A stretch of 47,141 nucleotides of DNA from an uncultured Desulfobacteraceae bacterium (GCA_964392545.1 CAYMQN010000001.1:16171-63311), one strand, 5' to 3'. Counted from the first letter of the stretch, positions 27,122-37,288 are shown. A program made the numbers and translations. Notes: a model not told the origin generated them from the sequence alone.

Positions 27122-27194
27122 GTGACGTTGGCATTTTTCCCGGTTGGCATGCCATCATGAAACCGCATTGCTTTAAAGAGGTTCTCCCGCAAGT

Positions 27195-30100
27195 ATGGTT
27201 CCCTTGACCGTTCGTTCCCATTATTCCCTCATGTGGGGCACCGCTTCGGTGGGGCGGCTCGTGCGGGCGGCGCGGCGCATGGGCTACACGCGCCTGGCGC
27301 TCACGGATACGGACAACCTCTACGGACTGTGGCCGTTTCTGGCGGCCTGCCGGCGTGAGGGCCTGACGCCCATCGTGGGGGTCGAGGTGACCGATCCCGG
27401 CGGCCGGGACCGGGCGGTCTGTCTGGTGGCCGACATGGCCGGCTATGCCAATCTTTGCCGTCTGCTGACCGCCCGGCACATGGCGGCGGACTTTGTGTTG
27501 CGGACGGCCCTGCCGCAACGGGCCGAGGGCCTGGTGGTGCTCACCGGGGCGCCGGACCTGCTGACCGCCTGGCATGCAGCCGGTGTGCGGGTGGCGGCCG
27601 CCATGCCCCGATGGCCACTGGCGGCCCGGCATCCCTTGCGGCGCGCCGCTGAACGGCGGGGCCTTCCGGTGGTGGCCACGCCGGGCAGCTTTTTTGTGGA
27701 CCCCGCCGAGCACCGGGTGCATCGCCTCCTGCGGGCCATCGACGGCAAGACATCGCTGGCGCGCCTCCCGGCGGCCCAGGTCGCGCCGCCCGAGGCCTGG
27801 TTGGCGCCGCCCGAGGTTTACCGGCAGCGGTTTGCCGTCTGCCCCGAGGCGTTGGCGGCCACCGAAGCCCTGGCCGATGCGCTGACCTTCGGCGGGCCGG
27901 CCTTCGGTCTGGTGATGCCCCCCTGGCCGGCGGGCGATCCCGCCGCGGAGCTGCGCCGCGCCGCCTATGGCGGTGCCCGCCGGCGCTACGGCCGGGACCT
28001 GCCGGAAGCCGTTGTGGAGCGGCTGGAACACGAGCTGGGGGTGATCACGGAGATGGGGTTTGCGGCCTATTTTCTCGTGGTGCGCGACATCGTACGCCCG
28101 CGTTCCCGGACCTGCGGCCGCGGATCGGGGGCGGCCTCCCTGGTGGCCTACTGCCTGAACATCACCAATGTGTGCCCGCTCAAGCACAACCTGTATTTCG
28201 AACGCTTTCTCAATCCCGGCCGCCGGGACGCGCCCGACATCGACGTGGATTTTGCCTGGGACGAACGGGACGCGGTCCAGCGGACCGTCCTGGCCACCTA
28301 TGGCGACCACGCCGCCATGGTATGCAACCATATCCGCTTTCAGCCCCGCATGGCGGTGCGGGAAACGGCCCGGGTGTACGGCCTGACCGAAGGGGAGATC
28401 GGCCGTGTGACCCGCCGTCTGCCCTGGTACTGGCGCATGGAGGCGCCGTCGGAGGGGTTGCTGACCGCGGTGCGCGGGCGCCCGGAGGCCCGCGCCCTCG
28501 ACTTTCCGGAGCCCTGGCCCGAGATTCTGGCCCTTGCCGCGGAAATTGTGGGCCGCCCGCGCCATCTGTCGGTGCATGCGGGCGGCGTCGTGATCACCCC
28601 CGAACCCGTGGCGCACTATGTGCCGGTGCAGCGGGCGGCCAAGGGCGTGCCCATCATCCAGTGGGAAAAGGATGCCGTGGAGGACGCCGGTCTGGTGAAG
28701 ATCGACCTTCTGGGCAATCGCAGCCTGGGGGTGATCCGGGATGCCCTGGCCGAGGTGCGGGCCGCCGGCGGCGGGATCGACGAGGCGCGTTGGGAGCCGG
28801 AGGACGATTGCGCCACCCAGGAAGCCGTGGCCCAGGGACGGACCATGGGCTGTTTCTACATTGAGAGTCCGGCCATGCGGCAGCTTCAGCAAAAGACCGG
28901 GGTGGGGGACTTCGACCATCTCGTGATTCACAGCAGCATCATTCGCCCCGCCGCCAACGCGTTCATCCAGGCATACATCCGCCGGCTGCACGGCGGGCGC
29001 TGGGATCCGATTCACCCGCTCCTGGCCGATGTGCTGAGCGAGACCTTCGGCATCATGGTCTACCAGGAGGACGTTTCCCGGGCGGCGGTGGCGCTGGCGG
29101 GGTTCACCCATGCCGAGGCGGACCGTCTGCGCAAGGTGATGTCCAAAAAGGATCGTGAATACCACCTGCGAGACTTTCGCCGGCGTTTCTTCGACGGTGC
29201 CCGGGGCCGCGGCATCGCCGAGGCGACCATCACGGCGGTATGGGAGATGATGATGAGCTTCAGCGGCTATTCCTTCTGCAAGCCCCACAGCGCTTCCTAC
29301 GCCCGGGTCTCGTTCCAGGCCGCTTATCTGAAGGTCCATCACCCGGCTGAATTCATGGCGGCCGTGATCAGCAACCAGGGCGGCTATTACACCACCTTTG
29401 CCTATGTGTCCGAAGCGCGGCGCCTGGGCCTGGAGATCCTGCCGCCGAACGTCACCCGCAGCCGGTGGTGCTGGACCGGCCGTCATCGCGCGCTGCGGGT
29501 GGGTCTGCAGGCCGTCAAAAGCTTGAGCGCCGCCACCGCCGAACGTTTGTTAACGGCCCGGGGGCATCGGCCTTTCCGCAACGGCATGGACTTTTTGAGC
29601 CGGGTGCGCCCGGACGACGGGGAGGCCCGCGCCCTGATTCACGGCGGAGCCCTGGATGCACTGGCCCCGCGGGGGGGGCGGACGGGGTTGTTGTGGACGC
29701 TGGCCGCCTGGCAGCGGCACGGTCCGCGCGGCCGCCCGCCCGCGACCCTTTTTGAAGATCGGGCGGCGGAGGACACCCCGCCGTGTCTGCCTGCGGAAGA
29801 CCCCCTCGATCGTCTGCGGCGCGAATTTGCCGTCCTGGGCTTTTTGTGCGATCGCCACCCGATCACCTTGTACGACGCCCTGCGGCGATCCCGCAAAACG
29901 GTCAAGGCGCGCGATCTGGAGCGCCGGACGGGTCGCCGGGTGCGGTTTGCGGGCTGGCTCGTGACCGGCAAGGTGGTCCACACCAAACAGGGCGATCCCA
30001 TGGAGTTTCTGACCTTCGAGGACGAAACCGGCCTGATCGAAACCACGTTTTTCCCGGCGGTTTATCGGCGCTTCTGCCACCTCCTGGACGGGGGCCGGCC

Positions 30101-30356
30101 CTATCTCCTGGCGGGCCGCGTGGAAACGGACTGGGGGGCGACGACCCTGACGGTCGACCATCTGGAGCCCCTGGCGCCGCTATCCGTTTTTGACGGCGTG
30201 TCGGGGCCGGAGGGGTTGCGTGCGAATGCGGAAAGGCCTAAGCTGGCCTGCCAGGCGGGCGGAGAACCGATCCGGCCACGGGACGATGACCCGCAGCCGG
30301 CGATTGTGAAAAGGGGGTCGTATCGATGCGAAAACGACAGCAAACCTTGTGGTTGA
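27195..30356 (+). CDS. dnaE2: Error-prone DNA polymerase III alpha-like subunit DnaE2
   Basis: 1053 aa. The PHP N-terminus reads MVPLTVRSHYSLMWGTAS...ALTDTDNLYG. Pol III alpha core motifs include LVKIDLLGNRSL, IIRPAAN and YSFCKPHSASYA. It lies directly downstream of lexA-imuB. Confidence 0.9.
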   Translation: MVPLTVRSHYSLMWGTASVGRLVRAARRMGYTRLALTDTDNLYGLWPFLAACRREGLTPIVGVEVTDPGGRDRAVCLVADMAGYANLCRLLTARHMAADFVLRTALPQRAEGLVVLTGAPDLLTAWHAAGVRVAAAMPRWPLAARHPLRRAAERRGLPVVATPGSFFVDPAEHRVHRLLRAIDGKTSLARLPAAQVAPPEAWLAPPEVYRQRFAVCPEALAATEALADALTFGGPAFGLVMPPWPAGDPAAELRRAAYGGARRRYGRDLPEAVVERLEHELGVITEMGFAAYFLVVRDIVRPRSRTCGRGSGAASLVAYCLNITNVCPLKHNLYFERFLNPGRRDAPDIDVDFAWDERDAVQRTVLATYGDHAAMVCNHIRFQPRMAVRETARVYGLTEGEIGRVTRRLPWYWRMEAPSEGLLTAVRGRPEARALDFPEPWPEILALAAEIVGRPRHLSVHAGGVVITPEPVAHYVPVQRAAKGVPIIQWEKDAVEDAGLVKIDLLGNRSLGVIRDALAEVRAAGGGIDEARWEPEDDCATQEAVAQGRTMGCFYIESPAMRQLQQKTGVGDFDHLVIHSSIIRPAANAFIQAYIRRLHGGRWDPIHPLLADVLSETFGIMVYQEDVSRAAVALAGFTHAEADRLRKVMSKKDREYHLRDFRRRFFDGARGRGIAEATITAVWEMMMSFSGYSFCKPHSASYARVSFQAAYLKVHHPAEFMAAVISNQGGYYTTFAYVSEARRLGLEILPPNVTRSRWCWTGRHRALRVGLQAVKSLSAATAERLLTARGHRPFRNGMDFLSRVRPDDGEARALIHGGALDALAPRGGRTGLLWTLAAWQRHGPRGRPPATLFEDRAAEDTPPCLPAEDPLDRLRREFAVLGFLCDRHPITLYDALRRSRKTVKARDLERRTGRRVRFAGWLVTGKVVHTKQGDPMEFLTFEDETGLIETTFFPAVYRRFCHLLDGGRPYLLAGRVETDWGATTLTVDHLEPLAPLSVFDGVSGPEGLRANAERPKLACQAGGEPIRPRDDDPQPAIVKRGSYRCENDSKPCG

Positions 30357-30952
30357 CGGTATCACTGGCGCTGGCGGTGCTGCTGAGCGCCTGCGCCTCA
30401 CCCATCACCCATCCGGTGGCGTTGACCTATACCGGACCGGCGCGGGCCGCGACGGATGCCCCGGTGGCCGTCGGCATTCAGTCCTTTGAGGATCAACGCG
30501 GCCGGGACGACCGTTTTTTGATCGGCTATCGCAGCCTGGGGCGCGGCGAGTGGGAGCGCTATGTCTCCAGCCCGGACGATGTGGCTGCAGCGGTGAGCCG
30601 CATGGCGGCCGATCTCATCCGCCGGAAGGGCGGCACGCCGGGGGTGTTGAACGGCTGGGACTATACACCGGACCAGATGCTCGCGCTGACGGATGCCTTC
30701 GATGTCTTTATCGGCGGCGCAATCGAGCGGCTGCGGTGTGAGGCCGAGAAGCGGCTCATGCATACCCGCATGGTCCTGGAGGTGGATATCGTGGTGTATG
30801 TCGGAAAGGTCCGCGAGGGGGTCGTCCATCGGCGTCCGGTGACCATGCGCACCGAGCGCGTGGCAGCGGCCTTCGGTCCCGGCGAGCTGCGCCGCTTTTT
30901 AAACGAAATGCTCTCCGAGGCGCTGGAAAAAGGCTGCCGGGGCGTGCCCTGA
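30326..30952 (+). CDS. Putative lipoprotein, unknown function
   Basis: 208 aa. MRKRQQTLWLTVSLALAVLLSAC is a signal peptide with lipobox LSAC. RBS AAGGGGG. The start overlaps the last 31 nt of dnaE2. Confidence 0.65.
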   Translation: MRKRQQTLWLTVSLALAVLLSACASPITHPVALTYTGPARAATDAPVAVGIQSFEDQRGRDDRFLIGYRSLGRGEWERYVSSPDDVAAAVSRMAADLIRRKGGTPGVLNGWDYTPDQMLALTDAFDVFIGGAIERLRCEAEKRLMHTRMVLEVDIVVYVGKVREGVVHRRPVTMRTERVAAAFGPGELRRFLNEMLSEALEKGCRGVP

Positions 30953-30979
30953 GGCATCCGCGGCAGCCCGCCGTCGGGG

Positions 30980-31783
30980 TCAGAAGGTTTTCTTCAGGCA
31001 GCGGTTGACCTGAGCGAAAAGGGCGGTGGGCAGCGCCAGCAGGTGGAGATCGGCGGTCTGTCCCTCGAGGTATTCGGCGATGGGGAATTTGGTGCCGTCC
31101 AGGCGCATGAAATGCCCCCCCGCCGCCTCCATGACAACCCGCACAGCGGCCAGATTGCGGTAGGATTCGTTGGCAATCAGGGCCGCCTCCGCGCCGCCCA
31201 TGGCCACGTAGCAGATATGGGCGGAGGTGCACCCCAGGTTGAGCTGCTTGCCCGGAAAGCCGTTCTGGTAATACTGGTGAAAGCGCGAAAAGGTGAGCAG
31301 CACGCTTTCGTCGCTGATGCTGTCCTGGCGCGATACGTGAATCGTCCGGGTTCCGCGGAAGGCCTCCTGCCCGGCGACGGCATGAAACAGATCGCCGGTG
31401 GCGGGCATGTAGAATGCGCCGAACACGGGCCACTTGTTGTCCATCAAGGCGATGGACAGGCCCCATACCGGAATGCCGGCCATGAAGTTGGACATCCCGT
31501 CCAGCGGATCGAAAATCCAGACATAGCGTTTGGCCTCGTGGGTGTAGGCCGTGTTGTCCTCCGAGCCCTGGCCGTCGAAGCTGTGATGGTCGGGGAATCG
31601 GGCCCGGAGGGCATCTTGGAAAAGCGCGTTCAAGTGAAGTTCGACCTTGGTGATGAGGCTTTCGTCGAATTTGACCTGGGGGGCGCCGCGGCCGTAAAAT
31701 TCCAGGGCCTCTTCGCCGGCTTTTTGAATAAAATCGAGAGCGAACGCCTTGAGTTCTTCAATGGCAACGTAGTCCTTTTCCAA
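30980..31783 (-). CDS. Inositol monophosphatase family protein (SuhB/CysQ-like)
   Basis: 267 aa. TTG start after GAGGAG. WIFDPLDGMSNF and AGIPVWGLSIAL motifs. Confidence 0.85.
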   Translation of the reverse strand: MEKDYVAIEELKAFALDFIQKAGEEALEFYGRGAPQVKFDESLITKVELHLNALFQDALRARFPDHHSFDGQGSEDNTAYTHEAKRYVWIFDPLDGMSNFMAGIPVWGLSIALMDNKWPVFGAFYMPATGDLFHAVAGQEAFRGTRTIHVSRQDSISDESVLLTFSRFHQYYQNGFPGKQLNLGCTSAHICYVAMGGAEAALIANESYRNLAAVRVVMEAAGGHFMRLDGTKFPIAEYLEGQTADLHLLALPTALFAQVNRCLKKTF

Positions 31784-32002
31784 TCTTCTTCTCCTCGTTT
31801 AAAGGCCGACCGCCGGTTGTCGAATAAAACCACCATAATATATCGCCGATCCAGGATCAAGACGGCTCGGCGGCGCCCATGATTTCGCCCGCAATCCGTT
31901 TGACATCGAGGGATTCGGCGTTAATTTGTTGTCTGTTTTAAGCGCTTTACAGGCAATTTTCTTTCAACCACGACCTATACATTTTAACTGGAGGCGTATC
32001 GA

Positions 32003-32680
32003 ATGGCTTTTGAAACCCGCGATCAAGTGCTTGAGCGCGTGATGGCATTGGAAAAACCCAAGTGTCCCCACTGCGGCGTTGAAATGTCCCTGTGGGAAGT
32101 GCCCATGGTCAATGTCGGCGACGGCCTGGGATGGGGCGAACCGTTTCTGTTCGTCTGTTTCAACGACGAATGCCCGTCCTACGTGAACGGCTGGGAACAT
32201 ATGGAGGAGACCTACGCGCATCGCGCTTCGTATCGCTGTATGAACTATCCGGGGACCACCGTATTCGAGTTCATGCCGGTCTTCAGTCCCATGGGCGGCA
32301 CGGGCCAGGTGATCGACGATCAGGTGCTGGCCCAGCAGGAGGCCATCAAGGCGGCCACCAAAAAAGGGTTCAATATTCTCGCGACCTGCTATGTGGACAA
32401 AGACGGGCCGACCATTTTGAGGCTTCTGCTCGACCCCGGCGAGCCACCCCGTGTGCGGATGAAGGCGGCCGAAATGTTGGGGGACATCGGGGAACTGGAA
32501 GTCATCGAACCCCTGCGCAGCCTCAAGGTGGGCAACGAGCCCATCCAGGAAAAGGTCGATGCGAGCGTCGGCAAAATCCATGCGCGGTTTTTTACCCGGG
32601 AATGCCCCTTCTGTGCGGAAATCATCAAACAGCGGGCCAAGGTCTGCAAGCACTGCGGCAAGGAGGTCGCCGGCGTATAA
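32003..32680 (+). CDS. Zinc-ribbon / HEAT-repeat protein, unknown function
   Basis: 225 aa. N-terminal CPHCG...CFNDEC, central HEAT-like PPRVRMKAAEMLGDIGELEVIEPL, and C-terminal CPFCAE...CKHCG. RBS TGGAGG. Confidence 0.6.
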   Translation: MAFETRDQVLERVMALEKPKCPHCGVEMSLWEVPMVNVGDGLGWGEPFLFVCFNDECPSYVNGWEHMEETYAHRASYRCMNYPGTTVFEFMPVFSPMGGTGQVIDDQVLAQQEAIKAATKKGFNILATCYVDKDGPTILRLLLDPGEPPRVRMKAAEMLGDIGELEVIEPLRSLKVGNEPIQEKVDASVGKIHARFFTRECPFCAEIIKQRAKVCKHCGKEVAGV

Positions 32681-32767
32681 GCTTCATCCAAAACCGGGCG
32701 ATTCTGGATGAACACGGATCGATCAGAGCCGACGCGGAGAATGATAGTGCTCCGCGCCGGCTTTTTT

Positions 32768-33319
32768 TTAATCTTTGTCACCCGGCCGGATGATGTTGAC
32801 ATTGTCCTGGTCGTAGGTGCGGAAGATGCGTTTTTCGCGCTCCAGGCGGTCTTCGGGATAGGGTGCCGGATTCAGGGCGGCGGCGAGGCCGGATGCCTCC
32901 TGCGCCGAAGGCAGGTTCTCCAGCCCCCGGGCACGGGGCTTGCCGCTGGCGGTATCCAGAAGGATTGCCGTGCGGCCGTCTGAAACCACCGCCAGGGGGA
33001 TCGGGGTTTCCGCAAAAATGCGGGCTGCCGCCAGTATTTCACGCTCCCGGGATCCCAGCGAACCGGCGCAGCACTTGAAGGCCATCAGGGCTCTGGGGGG
33101 GGCGCCGGCCTTGACGATCAGATCGATGCGGGCGCAGTAGGGCTGGCCGGCGATCTCCGTGCGAAGGGGAGCATCCATCCAGAGTGATTCCCGTTCATAA
33201 CCTTTTTTTTCCACGAGAAAGCGGATCACCGCCTGGCGATGACTTTCCGCGCCGACGTCGGGGATGGTCCGGCCGGTGAGATAATCGGTCAAGGTGGGCA
33301 CGCTGTCTGAATCCGTCAT
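32768..33319 (-). CDS. Type I restriction enzyme HsdR N-terminal-domain-like (PD-(D/E)xK fold) stand-alone protein
   Basis: Start at MTDSDSVPTL (ATG 33319) after AAGGAA. The pattern ESHRQAVIRFLVEKKGY...ARIDLIVK...LMAFKCC resembles HSDR_N-type domains. This is a weak recognition call. Confidence 0.45.
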   Translation of the reverse strand: MTDSDSVPTLTDYLTGRTIPDVGAESHRQAVIRFLVEKKGYERESLWMDAPLRTEIAGQPYCARIDLIVKAGAPPRALMAFKCCAGSLGSREREILAAARIFAETPIPLAVVSDGRTAILLDTASGKPRARGLENLPSAQEASGLAAALNPAPYPEDRLEREKRIFRTYDQDNVNIIRPGDKD

Positions 33320-33421
33320 GGGACTGTTCCTTGGATGGGATTGGCGGGTTTTGGCGCAACGACGCTGCAGGCGGGCCTGCGGTGTTACCGTCCCTGCCTC
33401 CCGTGGGTGATCCACCCCCGG

Positions 33422-33814
33422 TCAGGAGGGGTCCGGCGCCGCCTGCCGGCGCTGCCAATCCTCCAGCGTCGGCGTGCTGATCCGCGGCGCATCGGCCCAG
33501 AGGCCCTCCAGATCGTAGAAACGGCGCACGGGGTCATAGAAGACATGGAGGACCACACTGCCGTAATCCATCAAAACCCAGTGGCCTTCCTTCAATCCCT
33601 CCACGCTGAGGGGGGCGATACCCGCCTTTTTGATTTCGGTTCGAATATGCTCGCCGATGGCGGTCACCTGGCGGTTGGAGCGGCCGCTGCAGATGATGAA
33701 GGTGTCGGCCAGGGACGTCAGGCCACTGACATCCAGCATGACCACGTCGAGGGCCTTGCGCCCCAGCACGGCCTTGATGAAAAGATCCAGATCCGGATCG
33801 CTGGGATCGATCAT
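33422..33814 (-). CDS. rsfS: Ribosome silencing factor RsfS (iojap-like)
   Basis: 130 aa. DVVMLDVSGLTSLADTFIICSGRSNRQVTAI...GHWVLMDYGSVVLHVF...RRFYDLEGLW. Confidence 0.9.
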   Translation of the reverse strand: MIDPSDPDLDLFIKAVLGRKALDVVMLDVSGLTSLADTFIICSGRSNRQVTAIGEHIRTEIKKAGIAPLSVEGLKEGHWVLMDYGSVVLHVFYDPVRRFYDLEGLWADAPRISTPTLEDWQRRQAAPDPS

Positions 33815-34482
33815 TGGTAGAGTCCTTTGGCATCGATGTAGTTGCGAACCGCGTCGGGCACGAGGAAATCGATGGCGTGGCGCTGACGCAGCTGGTCACG
33901 GATATGGGTCGCGGAAATGGACATGGGGGTGACCTTGAAGGTGAAAATGGGCTGCTTTTCACAATGGGTGAAGCAGGGCGTGTCCAAGGAGCAGGTATAG
34001 CCTTGCAAGCCCCCCTGGTTGAGCAATTCCGAGACGGCATGATTCAGGGACGGCTGCACGCGCCCCTGGTCGTCGGGTCGGTTGATCACGATCAAAGGCA
34101 CGATATGCAGCAAATCCTCGTAGGATTTCCAGGTTTCGATTTCCAGAAAGGCGTCAAGGCCCATGATCAGGTAAAGCCAGGCCGTTTGCGGTAGATGGCG
34201 GCGGAAGGCGCACACCGTGTCGATGGTATACGACGGTCCTTGACGCTTGAGCTCGATATCCGAGGCCCGTAGCCCCCCATGACCCGCTATGGCCGCTTGA
34301 ACCATGGCCATGCGGTCGGCTGCGGGAGCGAGGTCGGCGCGCGCTTTGTGCGGGGGGGACGCCGAAGGGATCAGATAAACTGCGTCGAGGCCGAACCCCT
34401 CGCGGATTTCCACCGCGGCACGCAGGTGGGCCTGGTGGATCGGGTTGAAGGTGCCTCCGAAAATGGCGATTTTGCGGGTCAT
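33811..34482 (-). CDS. nadD: Nicotinate-nucleotide adenylyltransferase
   Basis: Start at MTRKIAIFGGTFNPIHQAHL (ATG 34482; alternative ATG 34491). ISATHIRD motif near the C-terminus. Confidence 0.85.
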   Translation of the reverse strand: MTRKIAIFGGTFNPIHQAHLRAAVEIREGFGLDAVYLIPSASPPHKARADLAPAADRMAMVQAAIAGHGGLRASDIELKRQGPSYTIDTVCAFRRHLPQTAWLYLIMGLDAFLEIETWKSYEDLLHIVPLIVINRPDDQGRVQPSLNHAVSELLNQGGLQGYTCSLDTPCFTHCEKQPIFTFKVTPMSISATHIRDQLRQRHAIDFLVPDAVRNYIDAKGLYQ

Positions 34483-34546
34483 GAGGCCCATGGACTTTCC
34501 CGACGATGCCATCCGTGTCGTCCCCGGCCGCCTCGAGGATGCCGCG

Positions 34547-35698
34547 CTAGTTGACGGCACCTTCGGTCAGGACCAGGTTGTCCCTGTGAATGACTTCGTC
34601 GTAAGGTTTTTCTCCCAGGCAGGCGGCGATCTGACCGGTTTTCAGCCCTTTGATTTTGCGGATATCGCCGGCGGAATAGTTGACCAGCCCGTTGCCCAGA
34701 ATGGTGCCGTCGGCGTTGACGAACTGGACGGGATCCCCCACGCTGAATTCCCCGATAACGCGAACGATGCCGCTGGGCAGCAGACTCTTGCCCCGCCCCC
34801 GGATCGCGTTGCTGGCGCCGTCATCGACGACGAGCGCCCCTTTGGGCTTGAGCGAAAAGGCCAGCCAGCATTTGCGGCTGGAGAGCCGCTCCTGGCGGGG
34901 CACAAAAAAGGTTCCCAAAGGATCGCCGCTGAAAAGCCGGCGCAGGATGTCGGGCCGGGATCCGTTGGCAATCACCATGGGGATGCCGGCGGTGGTCACC
35001 TTGCGGGCGGCCTTGATCTTGGTCAGCATGCCGCCGGTGCCGAGCGTGCCGGGGATGTCGCTGGCATAGCGCTCGATGGATTTGCCGATGATCTCGATTT
35101 GGGACAGCAACCGCGCCTCCCGATGAACCCGCGGATCCTTGTCGTAGAGCCCGTCGATGTCGGTCAGATTGATCAACAGATCCGAATCCATGAGCAGGGC
35201 AATCACGGCGGCCAGGTTGTCATTGTCCCCGAATTTGATTTCATCCACCATCACGGTGTCATTCTCGTTGATGATGGGCACGACCCCCCATCCCAGAAGC
35301 GTGTTCAAGGTATTGCGGGCATTCAGATAGCGCTTGCGGTTGGTCATATCTTCGGCTGTGAGAAGCATCTGGGCCACTTGCGTCTTGTCCCGGGCAAAGG
35401 CCTTTTCATAGGCCTGAATCAAACCGGCCTGGCCGACCGCCGCGACGGCCTGGCGGGCCGGTATCGCTTCAGGGCGCCGGGCCAGCGCAAGTTTGCGCAT
35501 GCCGGCGGCCATGGCGCCCGAAGACACCAGAATGACTTCGCGCCCGCACGTCATCAAGCGGCAGATTTCATGACTGATGGTTGCGATGACCGGAAGGTTC
35601 AGACCTTGGTCACGGGTGAGGACATTGCTGCCGATCTTGACCACCACGCGGCGGACCCGTTGAAAATGATCGCGAGGGTTCACAGATTCACTCACCAT
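34547..35698 (-). CDS. proB: Glutamate 5-kinase (with a C-terminal PUA domain)
   Basis: 383 aa. RVVVKIGSNVLT, ILVSSGAMAAG, GDNDNLAAVIA. Confidence 0.9.
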   Translation of the reverse strand: MVSESVNPRDHFQRVRRVVVKIGSNVLTRDQGLNLPVIATISHEICRLMTCGREVILVSSGAMAAGMRKLALARRPEAIPARQAVAAVGQAGLIQAYEKAFARDKTQVAQMLLTAEDMTNRKRYLNARNTLNTLLGWGVVPIINENDTVMVDEIKFGDNDNLAAVIALLMDSDLLINLTDIDGLYDKDPRVHREARLLSQIEIIGKSIERYASDIPGTLGTGGMLTKIKAARKVTTAGIPMVIANGSRPDILRRLFSGDPLGTFFVPRQERLSSRKCWLAFSLKPKGALVVDDGASNAIRGRGKSLLPSGIVRVIGEFSVGDPVQFVNADGTILGNGLVNYSAGDIRKIKGLKTGQIAACLGEKPYDEVIHRDNLVLTEGAVN

Positions 35699-36683
35699 CG
35701 AGCAGATGGGCGATTTTGGATGTCAGTTCCCCAAGGCCGGTTCCCTGCCGGGCGGAAATGCATAGAATGTCACGGTCCGGCAGGGCCGCGCGAAAGCGCA
35801 CGGCCTTGGCCTCGGTGCCGTCGAGGTCCATCTTGTTGAGCACGACCAGTTGCGGTTTCTGGGCCAGTGCCGGATTGTAGAGGGTCAATTCGCGATTGAT
35901 CGTCTCCCACGCGGCCAGGGGCTGTTCCAGGTCGATACCGTCGGCGTCGATCAAATGGACCAGAACCCGCGTCCGCTCGACGTGTTTCAAAAACCGATGG
36001 CCCAACCCCGCGCCCTGGTGCGCACCGTCGATCAACCCGGGGATATCGGCCACCACAAACGGTTCGGCCCAGTCGGTATGGACAACGCCCAGGTGAGGAT
36101 TCAAGGTGGTGAAGGGGTATGCGGCCGCTTCGGGGCGGGCGGCCGAGATGGCGGCCACCAGGGATGATTTGCCGGCATTCGGCAATCCTACGATGCCGGC
36201 ATCGGCCAGCAATTTGAGCTCCAGCTTGACCGCAAGGGCGGTGCCGGCTTCGCCCGGTTGGGCGTACCGCGGTGCGCGGTTGGTGGATGACTTGAACCGC
36301 GTGTTGCCGAGTCCGCCGCGTCCGCCGCGGGCCAGCACGAATCGCTCCTCGGCCTGGTTCATGTCTTTGATGAGGGTTCCGTCTTCCGCATTCAGAATGA
36401 GCGTGCCGGGAGGGATTTCGATGACCAGGTCGGCGCCGTTGCGGCCGGTTTTACGGGCGCCCTGGCCGTACCCGCCGTTGGCGGCCTTGAACTGCCGTTT
36501 GTACTGAAATTGTCTGAGGGTTCGCTTGCGATGGGTCGTCACCAGGACGACATCGCCGCCCTTGCCCCCATCGCCGCCATCCGGCCCCCCCCGGGGGATG
36601 AATTTCTCCCGCCGGAAGCTCACGCATCCCCGGCCACCGTTCCCGGACTGAACGGTAATCGTGGCTTCATCGATGAATTTCAC
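35688..36683 (-). CDS. obg: GTPase Obg/CgtA
   Basis: 331 aa. GTG start overlapping the rpmA stop (GTGA). [45 protein letters not shown]. Confidence 0.92.
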   Translation of the reverse strand: MKFIDEATITVQSGNGGRGCVSFRREKFIPRGGPDGGDGGKGGDVVLVTTHRKRTLRQFQYKRQFKAANGGYGQGARKTGRNGADLVIEIPPGTLILNAEDGTLIKDMNQAEERFVLARGGRGGLGNTRFKSSTNRAPRYAQPGEAGTALAVKLELKLLADAGIVGLPNAGKSSLVAAISAARPEAAAYPFTTLNPHLGVVHTDWAEPFVVADIPGLIDGAHQGAGLGHRFLKHVERTRVLVHLIDADGIDLEQPLAAWETINRELTLYNPALAQKPQLVVLNKMDLDGTEAKAVRFRAALPDRDILCISARQGTGLGELTSKIAHLLDGE

Positions 36684-36934
36684 GCGTCATAAACGCTGAC
36701 TTTTTTTCGGCTGCGTCCCAGACGTTCGTAAGCCACGACCCCGTCGACCTTGGCAAAAAGGGTATAATCCTTTCCCATGCCGACGTTGCTGCCGGGATGA
36801 ATCCTGGTTCCCAGCTGACGGACCAGAATGTTGCCGGCCCGGACCTTTTCGCCCCCGTAGCGCTTGATGCCGCGGCGCTGGGCATTGCTGTCGCGGCCGT
36901 TTTTGGAACTACCACCTGCTTTTTTATGTGCCAT
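36680..36934 (-). CDS. rpmA: 50S ribosomal protein L27
   Basis: [28 protein letters not shown]... Confidence 0.95.
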   Translation of the reverse strand: MAHKKAGGSSKNGRDSNAQRRGIKRYGGEKVRAGNILVRQLGTRIHPGSNVGMGKDYTLFAKVDGVVAYERLGRSRKKVSVYDA

Positions 36935-36973
36935 GACGAAAACTCCTTGAACGCCGGAATCGGTGTCGCCGGT

Positions 36974-37288
36974 TTAATGGGTGGCGATGCTATCGACCTT
37001 GACAGCGGTATACTGCTGACGATGGCCTTGCTTGCGGCGGTACCGTTTGCGGCGTTTGTATTTGAAGACGATGATTTTGCGGGCCTGTCCCTGCTCGACG
37101 ACCGTTCCTTTGACCGTAACGTTGTCAAGCCGGGGCGTGCCGACCTGTACGTTTTCTCCGTTGGAAAACAACAGCACGTCGTCAAAGGTGATCTCGGCGC
37201 CGACCTCGCCGGGGAGCTTTTCCACCCGCAAGGTTTCACCTTCCTGGACTTTATATTGTTTTCCGCCTGACTTGACCACAGCGTACAT
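36974..37288 (-). CDS. rplU: 50S ribosomal protein L21
   Basis: Start at MYAVVKSGGKQYKVQEG (ATG 37288) after AAGGAGG. Confidence 0.95.
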   Translation of the reverse strand: MYAVVKSGGKQYKVQEGETLRVEKLPGEVGAEITFDDVLLFSNGENVQVGTPRLDNVTVKGTVVEQGQARKIIVFKYKRRKRYRRKQGHRQQYTAVKVDSIATH

